Source of the DNA: an uncultured Alphaproteobacteria bacterium
Lineage (GTDB): Bacteria > Pseudomonadota > Alphaproteobacteria > 43-37 > CAWALT01
Assembly: GCA_963782975.1 (NCBI GenBank)
Contig: CAWALT010000002.1
Coordinates: forward strand, 266,533-330,532
Direction: 5' to 3'
Length of the DNA: 64,000 bases
Part shown: one piece after another, positions 1 through 10,914 of the stretch
How the letters are laid out: every line of letters starts with the position of its first letter
How positions within the stretch are numbered: the stretch's first letter is position 1
Position numbers and translations under genes: made by a program
The notes under the pieces: model-generated
The model's input: only the letters and a program-made list of their open reading frames with translations
Database searches by the model: none
Told to the model about the DNA's origin: nothing

Positions 1-124
1 GTTTTTACCGATCTTGGCAGGTTTTCGAGAGATCTTTAAGGCACTCCCAGTCTTGGCCATTTTTAAGACGATCGTCTTTCGAGCATAATCTTATAAGAGG
101 AGGGAGCGCCTCTTTCTAAGTTTT

Positions 125-629
125 TCATCGTCCGTCGAAGACTTTTCGTGAGACCACAGCCGTAAGCCAATCTTTAATGTGAGGAAATGCATGGGCACTT
201 GGTATGGGCGCTTTATGCAATCGTTTGATAACATTTGCTTTGATATTAATTGCCTCATCATCCTTTTCAGGAAAATAGGACTTTAAAGAGACGCCTGGGA
301 CTGCGCACTCAAGTAAGAGCAAGCCTGCATTTTCTGAAAATATTTGAACAACACCAAAACCTTCAAGCGCCATCAGGGCTACGGCTTCGCGTTTAAATCC
401 ATCAACATCCAAGCCTAATTTTAAAATAATTGGCTGAGAATCTTGGAAAACCCGATAACACGTAATTGTAGCTTAGATTATTTACTGGTTTTAGATTGGC
501 TAGATTACATTCTTTAGCTATTTTAGCTATAATTTCAGGCAAGGCCTTCAACCATTGCTTACCTTCGTTGCCGTAAATTGAAATGATATTTTGCTTGAAT
601 GCACGTTTCATATTATTCCTATCCGGCAC
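125..629 (-). pseudogene. Frameshifted, 3'-truncated aminoglycoside/hydroxyurea resistance kinase (APH(6)-like)
   Basis: ORFs 402..629 (YGNEGKQWLKALP..LSYNYV) and 125..412 (REAVAL..LLLLE..PG.SL..RLH) are consecutive pieces of one APH(6)-family protein; frameshift near 445; the catalytic HGD motif is missing. Confidence 0.75.
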
Positions 630-1110
630 TAAATTTTTTGATAAACAATGTTTCTGTGCCAGCAGCCGTTGTTTTTGTTTTTACTGTTTGAATTTCTTTG
701 TATCCAAGATTGCGGTAAAAATTTGCGGCTGATCCAGATTGGAGGTACACTTCCTGAAATCCTATGTTTCTGGCTTCTTCCTCTAAACGTTTGATTAGCT
801 GTTTGGCTAAGCCCAAACCTCTATATCTATACAATGTATATATCGACGCAATCCAAGGAGTTTTTTCTGGCCATTCAGTGCCATCCCTTTCCCACAAACT
901 ACCCATAGCAACGGGAAGGTCTGTTTCTAGATTAATAACTATCAGTGTTAAAGGTATCTTATCCTTTTGCATACCTTTTTTAAAAACACTTATAGATCGA
1001 TCTAGGCTTCCATCCTTTTTTTGAACCCCCCATCTTCCGTATGCCCAGGCTGCACAGGCATAAAGGCAATCGGGCCTGTTAGCTAAATAATCTATTTTAA
1101 AATCACTCAT
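619..1110 (-). CDS. GNAT family N-acetyltransferase
   Basis: PWIASIY..YRGLGLAKQL acetyl-CoA motif; FYRNLGY. Confidence 0.85.
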   Translation of the reverse strand: MSDFKIDYLANRPDCLYACAAWAYGRWGVQKKDGSLDRSISVFKKGMQKDKIPLTLIVINLETDLPVAMGSLWERDGTEWPEKTPWIASIYTLYRYRGLGLAKQLIKRLEEEARNIGFQEVYLQSGSAANFYRNLGYKEIQTVKTKTTAAGTETLFIKKFSAG

Positions 1111-1368
1111 TCATTTCTCTGCTTGTAAATATTCATCAACTGTTAATCGATACAAAACATGTTGCGACAATGGGTGATCCGCAGCTAATTTAGGATGTGC
1201 AAAGTCGCCATCTAAATCACGTTTTAATCCAATTTTTTCCATGACTCGAATAGAGCGAATATTCACTGGCACAGTAAAAGAAACAATTTCTTTTAGGCCA
1301 CATTGTTTAAATCCATAATCCAGGGACGCTTTTGCGCCTTCCGTGGCAAAGCCTTTGCCCCAAAATTT
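1111..1368 (-). pseudogene. 5'-truncated RimJ/RimL-type GNAT acetyltransferase
   Basis: Manual translation: FWGKGFATEGAKASLDYGF..IVSFTVPVNIRSIRVMEKIG..HPLSQHVLYRL*; no start codon or N-terminal half; not in the ORF track. Confidence 0.8.
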
Positions 1369-1556
1369 TTAGGTCACCATCTCATTAAGGTGCTCCACGT
1401 TCTAGTGATCGAGAGCCTATCATTTTAAACGAAGCTATAAAAAGCGGACGGCTTTTAAAACATCAAGAGGCGAATTTTTCTGTCCTTTGTTTCGCGCTCC
1501 GATGGTAGGATCTTTTAAAAAGCGTGTAAATCCTTGGCGTTGAAAGCAAAAGACCT

Positions 1557-2867
1557 CTATAAAATAAACCTGGATACATCACTTTTTTCGAGTAAATTGC
1601 CCACCCGCTCTTTCACGTAAGCTGCATCAATGTTTATTTTTTCCCCGGCTCGGTCGGTCGCGGAAAAGCTAATCTCTTCTACTAAACGCTCCATGACAGT
1701 GTGAAGACGGCGGGCGCCTATATTTTCCACCGTGGAATTTACCTTAAAAGCGGTTTGGGCAATTTCCTTAATAGCATCTTCCGTAAGTTCTAATGTCACA
1801 TGTTCTGTGCCCAATAGCGCTTTGTATTGCTGGACGAGGCTTGCTTCTGGTTCCGTTAGGATGCGAATAAAATCTTCTTCATTTAAGGCTTTAAGCTCAA
1901 CGCGGTTTGGTAGGCGCCCTTGAAGCTCAGGTAAAAGATCGGAGGGCTTAGAAATATGGAAAGCGCCTGATGCTATAAAAAGAACATGATCTGTTTTGAC
2001 GATGCCATGCTTAGTTGCCACGGATGTGCCTTCGATTAAGGGGAGTAAATCTCTCTGCACACCTTCTCGACTTACATCTGCCCCTGTCCGCTCGCTGCGC
2101 GCGCAAATTTTATCAAATTCATCGATAAATACGATCCCATTTTGTTCAACCGCCGTAATGGCTTCTTGGGTCACTTTATCTTGATCAAGGAGCTTATCTG
2201 ATTCTTCTTGAAGTAAGATTTTCTTGGCTTCGGCGATACTTACTTTACGTTTTTTTGTTCGCCCGCCCAGCATTTTGCCGATGGCATCCCCTAAATTAAT
2301 CATACCCATTTGTGCGCCTGGATTGCCAGGGACATCGAAAAGAGGCATTTGTGCAAGGGAAGAATCCATGATCTCAATCTCAATTTCTTTCTCGTCAAGC
2401 TCATTTCGAACTAACTTGCCGTGAAATTTCTCATAAGTCTCGGAGGAAGCCTTGTCACCTATGAAGGAGTTTAAAATACGTTTATGGGTATTAAGCTCGG
2501 CTTTGGCAGTCACCTCTTGACGTAGGCGATTTTTTGTTAAATTAATCGAGACCTCTAAAAGGTCGCGTATAATAGACTCGACATCGCGGCCAACGTAACC
2601 AACTTCAGTAAATTTGGTCGCTTCTACTTTAATAAAGGGAGCTTGAGCAAGTTTGGCAAGTCGTCGAGCAATCTCAGTTTTACCGATACCTGTGGGGCCA
2701 ATCATTAAAATATTTTTTGGTAAAACCTCTTCCCTTAGCTCTTCAGGAAGTTGTTGGCGACGCCAGCGATTCCTCAGCGCAATAGCAACCGCGCGCTTGG
2801 CTTCGGATTGCCCAATAATATATCGATCAAGTTCAGAAACAATTTCCTTGGGAGTAAAAGATGACAT
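1557..2867 (-). CDS. hslU: ATP-dependent protease ATPase subunit HslU
   Basis: [36 protein letters not shown]. Confidence 0.98.
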   Translation of the reverse strand: MSSFTPKEIVSELDRYIIGQSEAKRAVAIALRNRWRRQQLPEELREEVLPKNILMIGPTGIGKTEIARRLAKLAQAPFIKVEATKFTEVGYVGRDVESIIRDLLEVSINLTKNRLRQEVTAKAELNTHKRILNSFIGDKASSETYEKFHGKLVRNELDEKEIEIEIMDSSLAQMPLFDVPGNPGAQMGMINLGDAIGKMLGGRTKKRKVSIAEAKKILLQEESDKLLDQDKVTQEAITAVEQNGIVFIDEFDKICARSERTGADVSREGVQRDLLPLIEGTSVATKHGIVKTDHVLFIASGAFHISKPSDLLPELQGRLPNRVELKALNEEDFIRILTEPEASLVQQYKALLGTEHVTLELTEDAIKEIAQTAFKVNSTVENIGARRLHTVMERLVEEISFSATDRAGEKINIDAAYVKERVGNLLEKSDVSRFIL

Positions 2868-2895
2868 TTCCTACCCTTCCGTACCAATTCCCTTT

Positions 2896-3459
2896 TTAAA
2901 GTGATTCTAAGACAATGTTTTCATTTGTATAAATACAAATGTCGGCCGCTATTTTCAAGGCCTTTCGTGCAACACTTTCTGGGTCAAGCCCTGCTATATC
3001 ATTCATGGCTCGCGCAGCCGCTAAGGCATAGCCTCCCCCTGAGCCAATTCCTATAATTCCATCTTCGGGTTCTAATACATCGCCCGTACCAGAGAGGATA
3101 AGTGACACATGACGATCAGCCACCGCCATCATGGCCTCAAGCCGCCTTAAATACCGATCGGTACGCCACTCCTTGGCAAGCTCCACACAGGCGCGTGACA
3201 ACTGATCTGGATGTTGTTCAAGCTTCACCTCAAGGCGTTCAAAAAGCGCAAACGCATCAGCGGTTGCGCCGGCAAAGCCGACGATAACTTTACCGTTGGC
3301 AAGGCGACGAATTTTCCGCGCATTAGATTTAATAATCTGAGCGCCCAGAGAAACTTGACCATCTCCTGCGATGACAACCTTATTATCTTTCCTAATGCTC
3401 AAGATAGTGGTGCCGCGCCACTGAAGTGGAGAAGACGAGCTTCTTTCGACATTGTGCAT
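2896..3459 (-). CDS. hslV: ATP-dependent protease subunit HslV
   Basis: [23 protein letters not shown]; adjacent to hslU. Confidence 0.98.
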   Translation of the reverse strand: MHNVERSSSSPLQWRGTTILSIRKDNKVVIAGDGQVSLGAQIIKSNARKIRRLANGKVIVGFAGATADAFALFERLEVKLEQHPDQLSRACVELAKEWRTDRYLRRLEAMMAVADRHVSLILSGTGDVLEPEDGIIGIGSGGGYALAAARAMNDIAGLDPESVARKALKIAADICIYTNENIVLESL

Positions 3460-3684
3460 TCTTTCACTCCTTTTAAAAAGATAATAAGGTTTTCATACAA
3501 GCAAATACTAAATAGCTTAATTTCTTCTTCCTTGCACAAGGGAACATAGGATCATTTCTCTTGGGGAACGCCTTAAGTATACATGTTACGTGGAAAATAG
3601 GCGACATTTTTATCCCGCTTTTGTTATATTTCATACTTAAGAGAAGAAACAATATTTCTAAGATCCAAGAGAGGGAGCCTTAAA

Positions 3685-4038
3685 ATGTATGATGATAATA
3701 ATATTTTTGCCCGCATTATTCGAGGGGAAATTCCATGTCATAAAGTCTTTGAAGATGAGTACACCTTAGCTTTTAAGGACATCAGCCCCAAAGCTCCGGT
3801 CCATATCCTGGTTATCCCGAAGGGCCGGTATCTTTCTTTTGATGATTTTTCTCGCTATGCAACGGATGAGGAAATCGCTTCCCTTATCCGCGCTCTTGGA
3901 GAGGTGGCTCGCGAGCAAGGGATCGATGCCTCCGGCTATCGTATCCTCTCCAACATTGGTGCTCATGGGGGCCAGGAAGTGCCTCATTTCCATATGCATT
4001 TATGTGGCGGGCGGCCTCTTGGACCTGTGAGTGTGTAG
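3685..4038 (+). CDS. hinT: Histidine triad nucleotide-binding protein
   Basis: NIFARII..P..H.LVIPK..GQEVPHFHMH. Confidence 0.92.
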   Translation: MYDDNNIFARIIRGEIPCHKVFEDEYTLAFKDISPKAPVHILVIPKGRYLSFDDFSRYATDEEIASLIRALGEVAREQGIDASGYRILSNIGAHGGQEVPHFHMHLCGGRPLGPVSV

Positions 4039-4458
4039 GTGCCAGATCGACACGTCAATGCCGTCAGGAAAGGCGAGTTGGCACGGCCCGCCTTTGAGTT
4101 TGCAGAGCAGTTACTTGCTAAAAAAGTCCAGGACGTTTAAGGCATATAAGCTCTATAAGGAGAGAGATTTCTGTTGATTGGTGGAATTTTCTCCTCCTTT
4201 AAAGGACGGTGATACTTTGTCATCCTCCTTTTTGTGAGGGCGAAACTGCTGAAAATCTCTCACATCTCTTTCGTGTCACCGGTGGCCAAAATTCGCCTTA
4301 ATTAAAAAGCTTGTTTTTTTCTTTAGCCCAAGGTAATAATATTGGTAGTTATTGTGCGCGTAGGGCTTAGTTAGTCTGTACATCGTTTTTTCGTGTATCT
4401 TACGCTATTCCCATTCGCACATAATGTTTTAACTAACTTACTTAGAGGTTTTTATAAT

Positions 4459-4668
4459 ATGTCTATTGGTACAGTAAAATGGTTTGATTATAATAAAGGG
4501 TATGGATTCATTGAGCCAGAAGATAACTCTCCTGATGTCTTTGTTCACATTACAGCCGTTGAGAAGAGCAATATTCGCTTCCTTGAAGAAGGTGCTAAAG
4601 TCGAATATGGGGTTACATCCTTCAAAGGTAAAAACCAAGCGTCTGATCTAAAGCTATTAGATAAGTAA
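4459..4668 (+). CDS. cspA: Cold-shock protein
   Basis: GTVKWF..KGYGFI..DVFVH; ATG at 4459 preceded by GAGG. Confidence 0.92.
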   Translation: MSIGTVKWFDYNKGYGFIEPEDNSPDVFVHITAVEKSNIRFLEEGAKVEYGVTSFKGKNQASDLKLLDK

Positions 4669-4787
4669 TTGTCTTACACCTCTAGCATACATCTCATGCA
4701 TCTTTCATCTTTGCATAGACAGGTCACTCAACTACTAAGCATCTGTTTGGCTTAATAGAAGATATCGTATGGCTAGAATAATCGCTT

Positions 4788-4852
4788 ATTAAGCAGGTAA
4801 GGGTTCTTACCTGCTTAATTTTCATAAAGGGGACGAAAGTCCTTTTTCTTTT
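4788..4852 (+). terminator. Perfect 14-bp hairpin followed by a second GAAA-loop hairpin with T-tract
   Basis: attaagcaggtaag-ggtt-cttacctgcttaat, then ggac-gaaa-gtcc-tttttctttt. Confidence 0.7.
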
Positions 4853-5291
4853 TAAAGTCTCTTCTTGAGTAATTTCCTTAGTACACTCTTTGGTTAACTC
4901 TGCGAGTACACGCGCTATTTTACTGGCGAAGGCTTGTTTTTGTCTCGATTAAGCAAGAAATTAAATCCTCTTTGTTTTTCACGATAGGATGGTCTGGATT
5001 ATAGAGAAAGCCTACCCGGTAAATACGTAGCTTGTTAGCAGTTGAGAGTGGGTATCAGCATAACTTTTAAGCCCTCCGTTCTTTCTACGTTTTATCCTTT
5101 CATGACCGCGAGTTAGTCGTCTCTCTCCTGATAAGGGACCCGCGAAAGTGGCTTAGACCTCCCATAATTTCTTCATCAATCTGGGCTCCTTCGCGAGGCT
5201 CACCAGGAATGGGAAACGCGTCTCTTAAGATCCTTTCAAACATCCTTTTATATGTTAGAATTCAAACAACGTAATTAAAAGAGGATTCGAT

Positions 5292-5582
5292 ATGCCACCA
5301 GCCTCACGAATAACGGATATGCATACGTGTCCACAGGTGACGGTTATTGTGCCCCATGTGGGTGGCCCGGCACTTGGCCCTCCGACCCCTACGGTGCTTA
5401 TGGGAGGTTTGCCCTCCATTGGCATGGGGGCTATGTGTGTTTGTGTTGGTCCGCCTGATAGCGTAGCGATGGGGGCGATGACGGTTCTGGTGGGCTCAAA
5501 GCCTGCTGCGCGGATGGGAGATAGTACAGCCCATGGAGGGGCTCTTGTCTTTGGTTTCCCAACTATTATAATTGGAGGTTAG
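5292..5582 (+). CDS. PAAR domain-containing spike-tip protein (orphan)
   Basis: PASRITDMHTCP..PHVGG..C.C..PAARMGDSTAHGG; GAGG RBS. Confidence 0.92.
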   Translation: MPPASRITDMHTCPQVTVIVPHVGGPALGPPTPTVLMGGLPSIGMGAMCVCVGPPDSVAMGAMTVLVGSKPAARMGDSTAHGGALVFGFPTIIIGG

Positions 5583-5962
5583 AACCTAAAGGGTTGGCCA
5601 GTCACCTGCCAAGCATTTTTTAGATGCGTGATGCGCAGGAAGCGCTGGCAAATTAAAACATCAAAGCGACACGCGGGTAGGTAGGAGTCATTTCTTCGAG
5701 GGAAGTGAGAAAGGTAGTAAAGAGCTGCGTCCTGGATGCGTTGTTGTTGCTTAGGCTGGAGAGATTCGACCCCGCTTTGGTAATCTTTGCGTGTCTTAAT
5801 CTCAATAAAAATTAATGTTTTTTGCTTTTGAGCGATAATATCAATCTCGCCCCAAGGCGTTCTATAGCGATGTGCAAGGATTTTATATCCTTTTACTCTA
5901 AGGTAAAAAGCGCATAATTTCTCACCGCGATAGCCTTTCTGCCAAGCCCGCTTTTTATTCAC
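5579..5962 (-). CDS. yraN: YraN family endonuclease-like protein
   Basis: G..GE..L..KGY.IL..R...GEIDII..FIEIKTR..RFDV; downstream of rsmI. Confidence 0.92.
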   Translation of the reverse strand: MNKKRAWQKGYRGEKLCAFYLRVKGYKILAHRYRTPWGEIDIIAQKQKTLIFIEIKTRKDYQSGVESLQPKQQQRIQDAALYYLSHFPRRNDSYLPACRFDVLICQRFLRITHLKNAWQVTGQPFRF

Positions 5963-6864
5963 TTTTTTGATAGAATCGCATCCTTTTTATCTTTAAGCTC
6001 TAAGGCAAGCTTATAAATATCTTTATTTGACTGGGACGTGAATTTACGGGCTTCTCTTACGGCGTCTTTAACTGACATCTTCATTAAATTCTCTTGCAAA
6101 AACGAAGCAAGGTCAAAAGCCTCTTCTGGTGTTTCTTCCCCAGGGGCGAGAATTAGGACGATTTCTCCTTTTAAATGCGTGTGAGAAGTACAATAATCCA
6201 GAACATCGTCAATGGGCCCTCGGTAGAATTCTTCATGTTTCTTGGTTATTTCCCTAGCCATCGTTAAGTAACTGTTTGGCCACGCTGTGCGAATATCGTG
6301 AAGTGTAGCAAGGAGCCTTTGACTGGCCTCAAAAAGCAAAATGGTTGTCCCGTATCTTTTCAACTTTTCAAGCTTTTTCAAACGTGCGGGAGATTTTGGG
6401 GGCAAGAAGCCGACAAACATGAATTCATGACAAGGTTGGCCCGAGCTCACAAGAGCCGCAAGAATCGAGGAGGCTCCAGGGATGGGTATTACCCGAATAC
6501 CAGCCTTCAAACAGTCTTGAGCAAGCTTATAACCAGGGTCCGATATTAAAGGTGTCCCCGCATCTGATACGAGAGCTATTTTTTTACCCAGCGTCAAGTC
6601 TTGAAGAATTTTGGGTCGTACCCGCCGGGCGTTGTATTCATGGTAGAGTGAAAGGGGCGTGCGGATACCATAAAGGCTTAGCAGTTTTGCCGTCACGCGG
6701 GTATCTTCACAGCAAATATAATCAACAGAGTTTAGAATAGAGAGGGCGCGCATACTAATATCGCTTGCATTCCCAATAGGGGTTGAGACAATATATAAAC
6801 CAACATCAATTTCCTGGTGCTCGAGAAATTTTAAAAGAGAAGGAGCAGAAGGTAAAGTAACCAT
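5959..6864 (-). CDS. rsmI: 16S rRNA (cytidine1402-2'-O)-methyltransferase
   Basis: TPIGN..CEDTR..SDAGTPLISDPG..REITK.HEE. Confidence 0.96.
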   Translation of the reverse strand: MVTLPSAPSLLKFLEHQEIDVGLYIVSTPIGNASDISMRALSILNSVDYICCEDTRVTAKLLSLYGIRTPLSLYHEYNARRVRPKILQDLTLGKKIALVSDAGTPLISDPGYKLAQDCLKAGIRVIPIPGASSILAALVSSGQPCHEFMFVGFLPPKSPARLKKLEKLKRYGTTILLFEASQRLLATLHDIRTAWPNSYLTMAREITKKHEEFYRGPIDDVLDYCTSHTHLKGEIVLILAPGEETPEEAFDLASFLQENLMKMSVKDAVREARKFTSQSNKDIYKLALELKDKKDAILSKK

Positions 6865-6876
6865 GGAAAGCCTGCA

Positions 6877-8046
6877 GTGAAATTTAGAAGTGTCTTATTA
6901 CTCCTCTTGGTAACAGCTTTGCTTGCCGCTTGTCAACTCATGCCAATAGGAAGAAAAGAGCCTACGCCAAGTCCCAAGAAACCAACATCGGTTTTTTTTG
7001 ATGATCAATTAGGAATATTAAAAAAGAATGTTAAAGCGCGTATGGCTCTTTTAGTTCCTTTGAGTGGGGAAAATGCGGCGCTTGGCAAGGCGATCTATAA
7101 TGCCGTGCAGTTAAGTTTTTACGCAAAGCCACATGATTTTTTACTCCTACCCTTTGATACCCAGAGCCAGCCTGCTCACGCACGCCAAGCAGCGCAAGAG
7201 GCTATCGCAAGAGGAGCACAGATAATACTAGGTCCTCTCACATCTTTAGAGACTGAAGCAGTGGCGGACGTTACTTTGCAAGCGCATGTTCCTGTTCTCT
7301 CTTTTTCCAACAATCAAAGCATCGCCAAACCTGGCGTCTGGGTTCTTGGGATTTTGCCTCAAGATCAAATACGAAGGTTATGTAGCTATGTAGCGGCACA
7401 GGGCATGCAACGGATAGGCGTTATTCTTCCGACCACCTTTTATGGTCAGGTAATTGAGCGAGCTTTACAAGAAGCCGCCGGAAATTACCATTTAAAAGTT
7501 GTGGCGAAGATATATTATGACCCTCAAGCACAAGACTACAGATCGAGCCTCGCTTCTCTTAAAAAACATGACGATATAGAAGCATTATTGATTCCGGTTG
7601 GAGGATCAGAACTTTCCGTCATTACCTCTACTCTCGCTTACCTTGATATCAAGTTAAAAACTTTACAGCTTTTAGGGACGAGTGAGTGGACGAACTCATC
7701 TACCAATACGACAGAGCTCACAAAAAACACTTGGGTTCATGGTGCGTGGATCGCTGAACTAGCACAAGAGCGTTTCCAAACATTTTCCGATGCCTATCGC
7801 GTGCGGTATGGACAGATTCCTGCGGTCATAGCGGGGCTTGGATATGAGGCATGTTCCCTAGCCATGCAAGTTCTCTCTTATGGAGATGTAGTGGCGAAGC
7901 TTACCGATGAAAATGGCTTTATCGGTTTATATGGGCTTTTCCGCCTTACAAGCCAAGGGTTAAATGAGCGGGTGCTTCCCATTAAAAAAGTAACGGCGGG
8001 AGGCCTTCAAATTATCCAATCCGCCCCAACGCATTTTGGCGAATAA
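6877..8046 (+). CDS. Penicillin-binding protein activator / LppC-like lipoprotein
   Basis: Lipobox LAAC; ALLVPLSG, IILGPL periplasmic-binding fold; divergent from rsmI as is usual in alphaproteobacteria. Confidence 0.85.
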   Translation: MKFRSVLLLLLVTALLAACQLMPIGRKEPTPSPKKPTSVFFDDQLGILKKNVKARMALLVPLSGENAALGKAIYNAVQLSFYAKPHDFLLLPFDTQSQPAHARQAAQEAIARGAQIILGPLTSLETEAVADVTLQAHVPVLSFSNNQSIAKPGVWVLGILPQDQIRRLCSYVAAQGMQRIGVILPTTFYGQVIERALQEAAGNYHLKVVAKIYYDPQAQDYRSSLASLKKHDDIEALLIPVGGSELSVITSTLAYLDIKLKTLQLLGTSEWTNSSTNTTELTKNTWVHGAWIAELAQERFQTFSDAYRVRYGQIPAVIAGLGYEACSLAMQVLSYGDVVAKLTDENGFIGLYGLFRLTSQGLNERVLPIKKVTAGGLQIIQSAPTHFGE

Positions 8047-8186
8047 AGAAACATAAAAAATTTAGAAGAAGGTCAGGCAAAGATTAAAGAAGAAAAGGCA
8101 CAAACTTTCCCTCATTTAAATTGCTGACAATGCCTACAGCTTTTGTCGTTTCCTCAATGAGCTTTATGCCGCTCGCTATTTTTATT

Positions 8187-9227
8187 TTAGTAAATGGCTT
8201 GCACGCCTATAGCCTTCTTGACCTCCGTGAGCACAGGGCGAGCATAGCCTCGGGCTTTTTCCGCGCCCTCTCTGAGCGTTTCTTCTAAAAAGGTCGTATC
8301 TTGGATATAGGCTTTGTACGTGGCGCGCGGTTCCTCGAGCTCGCGATTCATCACATGATAGAGAGCTTCTTTTACCTCTCCCCAGCCGATCCCTGTAAGA
8401 TACCGCTGGTGTATTTCATTAATTTCCTCAGGCGTAGCGAAAAGGCGGAAAAGATAAAAAAGATCTGACGTTGACGGATCTTTGGGTTCTTTAGGATCGC
8501 TCGAATCCGTAACAATACGATTAATGAGTTTCCTTAATTTGTTTGGCTCGACAAAAAGTTCGATTGTATTGCCATAGCTTTTGCTCATCTTACGCCCATC
8601 AAGCCCAGGGATCGTTCCTGTACCTTGACGAATGAGAGCCTCTGGGTCTTTCAAAATGTCAGACTTGAAGGCGCGGCGAAAGCGCCCGGCAATATCACGG
8701 GCAATTTCAATATGCTGGGTTTGATCCTGGCCGACTGGGACCAAATCGGTTCTAAAGGCAAGAATATCAGCGGCCATCAATACAGGATAACAGTAAAGGC
8801 CCATAGAAATGTTGCTATCCACATCTTTCAAGCCCATTTCTTGATTATTCTCGATGCGCGCTTTATAAGCATGGGCACGATTAAGGAGCCCTTTTTGAGT
8901 GACACAATTTAAAACCCAGGCTAATTCGGTGATCTCAGGAATGTCCGATTGGCGAAAAAATATTACTTTGCTTGGATCTAAACCAAAGGCTAACCATGTG
9001 GCTGCAACGACATAATTAAGCTCCTTCAATAGCAAGGCTTGGTGAATATCGATAAGGGCATGGTAATCAGCGATGAAATAGAAGCACTGGTGCCTTTCTT
9101 CACGTGCTTCCTGCAAGGCAGGTCGCATCATCCCGATATAGTTGCCTATATGGGGGTGGCCGGTGGGTTTAATGCCGGTGGTTAATATTTTTTTGTCCAT
9201 TCTCCCGATCATCGTTTCTTCTATCAT
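8187..9227 (-). CDS. trpS: Tryptophan--tRNA ligase
   Basis: TGIKPTG.PHIGN, YPVLMAADI, VPVGQDQ, KMSKS. Confidence 0.97.
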   Translation of the reverse strand: MIEETMIGRMDKKILTTGIKPTGHPHIGNYIGMMRPALQEAREERHQCFYFIADYHALIDIHQALLLKELNYVVAATWLAFGLDPSKVIFFRQSDIPEITELAWVLNCVTQKGLLNRAHAYKARIENNQEMGLKDVDSNISMGLYCYPVLMAADILAFRTDLVPVGQDQTQHIEIARDIAGRFRRAFKSDILKDPEALIRQGTGTIPGLDGRKMSKSYGNTIELFVEPNKLRKLINRIVTDSSDPKEPKDPSTSDLFYLFRLFATPEEINEIHQRYLTGIGWGEVKEALYHVMNRELEEPRATYKAYIQDTTFLEETLREGAEKARGYARPVLTEVKKAIGVQAIY

Positions 9228-9499
9228 GTTAGCTACGGAAAAACTGTTTCCCTACTATATACAAAAAGACGACAAGGATAAATCCTTTTCCAAGTGAAAG
9301 AAACAGGACGCAAAGAATGCATAACCATAAAAATACCAGAAGGTTAAGGCAGAAAATGAGGTTGCGGGAAAGGAAGGGAGAAGAGCCATCAAAGCGCCCG
9401 TATTGTTCAACAAAGCAAGGGGGTGTATCTGTTACTGCCCCTAAACGATCGGAGAAACTTTACCCCTCCAAAAATTCTGTCTTAAAGAGAAACTTCACA

Positions 9500-10759
9500 T
9501 TACGTCTTCAAAGGAAGGCGCTCTGGTTTAGTTTTTGCTTGATGTTGCCTCTTTTCTGACTTTTCTTGGGAGGAGGTTAGCTGCTTGGCCCCTTCAAGAA
9601 CGTGAGCCACATCTTTCCCGCTTGGGCTTTGATAAACCTCTAATTCAAAAAAGGGAAGGATAGCAAACAAATGTTCGAAGATGCTTGATTGGGCCTGCTC
9701 ATAACTTACCCAAGCGGTATCTTTGTAAAAGGCATAAACCTCTAAAGGGACTCCTTGAGGTGTGGGCGCAAGAAGCCGAATGAGGAAAGTAAAATCCTCA
9801 TTGGTAATATAGAGGCTGCTCTTTAAATAAGATTCAACATAGAAACGAAACAAGCCTAAGTTGGTACGATCATCAAAAGCCTGGTCAAGAGGTTTTTGGG
9901 GATGGCGCTCTAAATAATGTGCTAGCCGTTCATTCCCTTTAATGGCTTTAAAGAGTTGGTCATCTAAAAATTTGATGCTTGTTTGATCAATTAAAATGGA
10001 CCGCTTTATACGCCGAACTCCCGCTTCATACATTCCCCGCCAATTCTTAAAGCCCGTTTCCATTAATTTATACGTGGGAATGGTGACAATCGCTTGATCC
10101 CAATTTTGAACTTCAATGATATGAAGAGCGACATCCACTACTGAACCACTAGCCCCAAAGCTCGGGACATCAATCCAATCGCCTTTTTGAATAAGGTTGT
10201 TCGCCAAGAGCTGCATGCCGGCTATAAAAGATAAAATAGTGTCGCGGAAGACAAGAAGGAGAAGAGCGGTTAAAGCACCGATACCGCTTAAAAAAGCAAG
10301 AGGGGACTTGTCCATCAAGATGCACATAGCCACCACAGCGCCAATAAGATAAATGAATAACGTAAAGAGCTGAATGAGTCCTTTAATAGGACGCTTCTTT
10401 GCCACAGGCTTCAAATTATAGATATCACTGTAACTGGTGAGCAGTTTCCCAAGTAAGAAAGTGATGGTGATAATAATATATCCATTAAGCAAGCGGGTGA
10501 ACAAATTGGGGATATGCGAGTAATGGTGAATGCCCGAATAAAGAATAATACTAGGAATCAGATATAGCAGCTGATGAAACGTATGATTTTTTTCCAAAAT
10601 ACGCCGTATATGGTGATCCCAACGACCCGCCAAGCGATAGATACCTTTTATAAGGACAAACTTGGTTATATAGTAGCTCACAAGACTTGTAAGCATGCTT
10701 AAGAAAAGTGCCAGATTCTCTTGGGTAGCAATTAAATCCCACATACTCTTATTACCCAT
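9500..10759 (-). CDS. Mechanosensitive channel, MscS family (YbdG-like)
   Basis: TM helices, GIGALTALLLLVFRDTIL, GDWI, VQNWD, FKNWRGM..RRIKRSI. Confidence 0.9.
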   Translation of the reverse strand: MGNKSMWDLIATQENLALFLSMLTSLVSYYITKFVLIKGIYRLAGRWDHHIRRILEKNHTFHQLLYLIPSIILYSGIHHYSHIPNLFTRLLNGYIIITITFLLGKLLTSYSDIYNLKPVAKKRPIKGLIQLFTLFIYLIGAVVAMCILMDKSPLAFLSGIGALTALLLLVFRDTILSFIAGMQLLANNLIQKGDWIDVPSFGASGSVVDVALHIIEVQNWDQAIVTIPTYKLMETGFKNWRGMYEAGVRRIKRSILIDQTSIKFLDDQLFKAIKGNERLAHYLERHPQKPLDQAFDDRTNLGLFRFYVESYLKSSLYITNEDFTFLIRLLAPTPQGVPLEVYAFYKDTAWVSYEQAQSSIFEHLFAILPFFELEVYQSPSGKDVAHVLEGAKQLTSSQEKSEKRQHQAKTKPERLPLKT

Positions 10760-10914
10760 TTCGTTATTTACTTCTTACGAGAGACCTTATCTTACTAAAG
10801 AAAATCTTTTAATTTCTTAAATTATACCATTTTTTGTGTTTCTCTTCAAAAGATGGTTAAAAAGACCATACCCTTTACAATGAGAAAAATTTTTTGGTAT
10901 TGCCTTCTCTAAGG

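Noticed and set aside
4860-5290. Long spacer upstream of PAAR (also 13110-13500) as a possible ncRNA
   Set aside because: No recognisable RNA motif or translatable remnant found by eye
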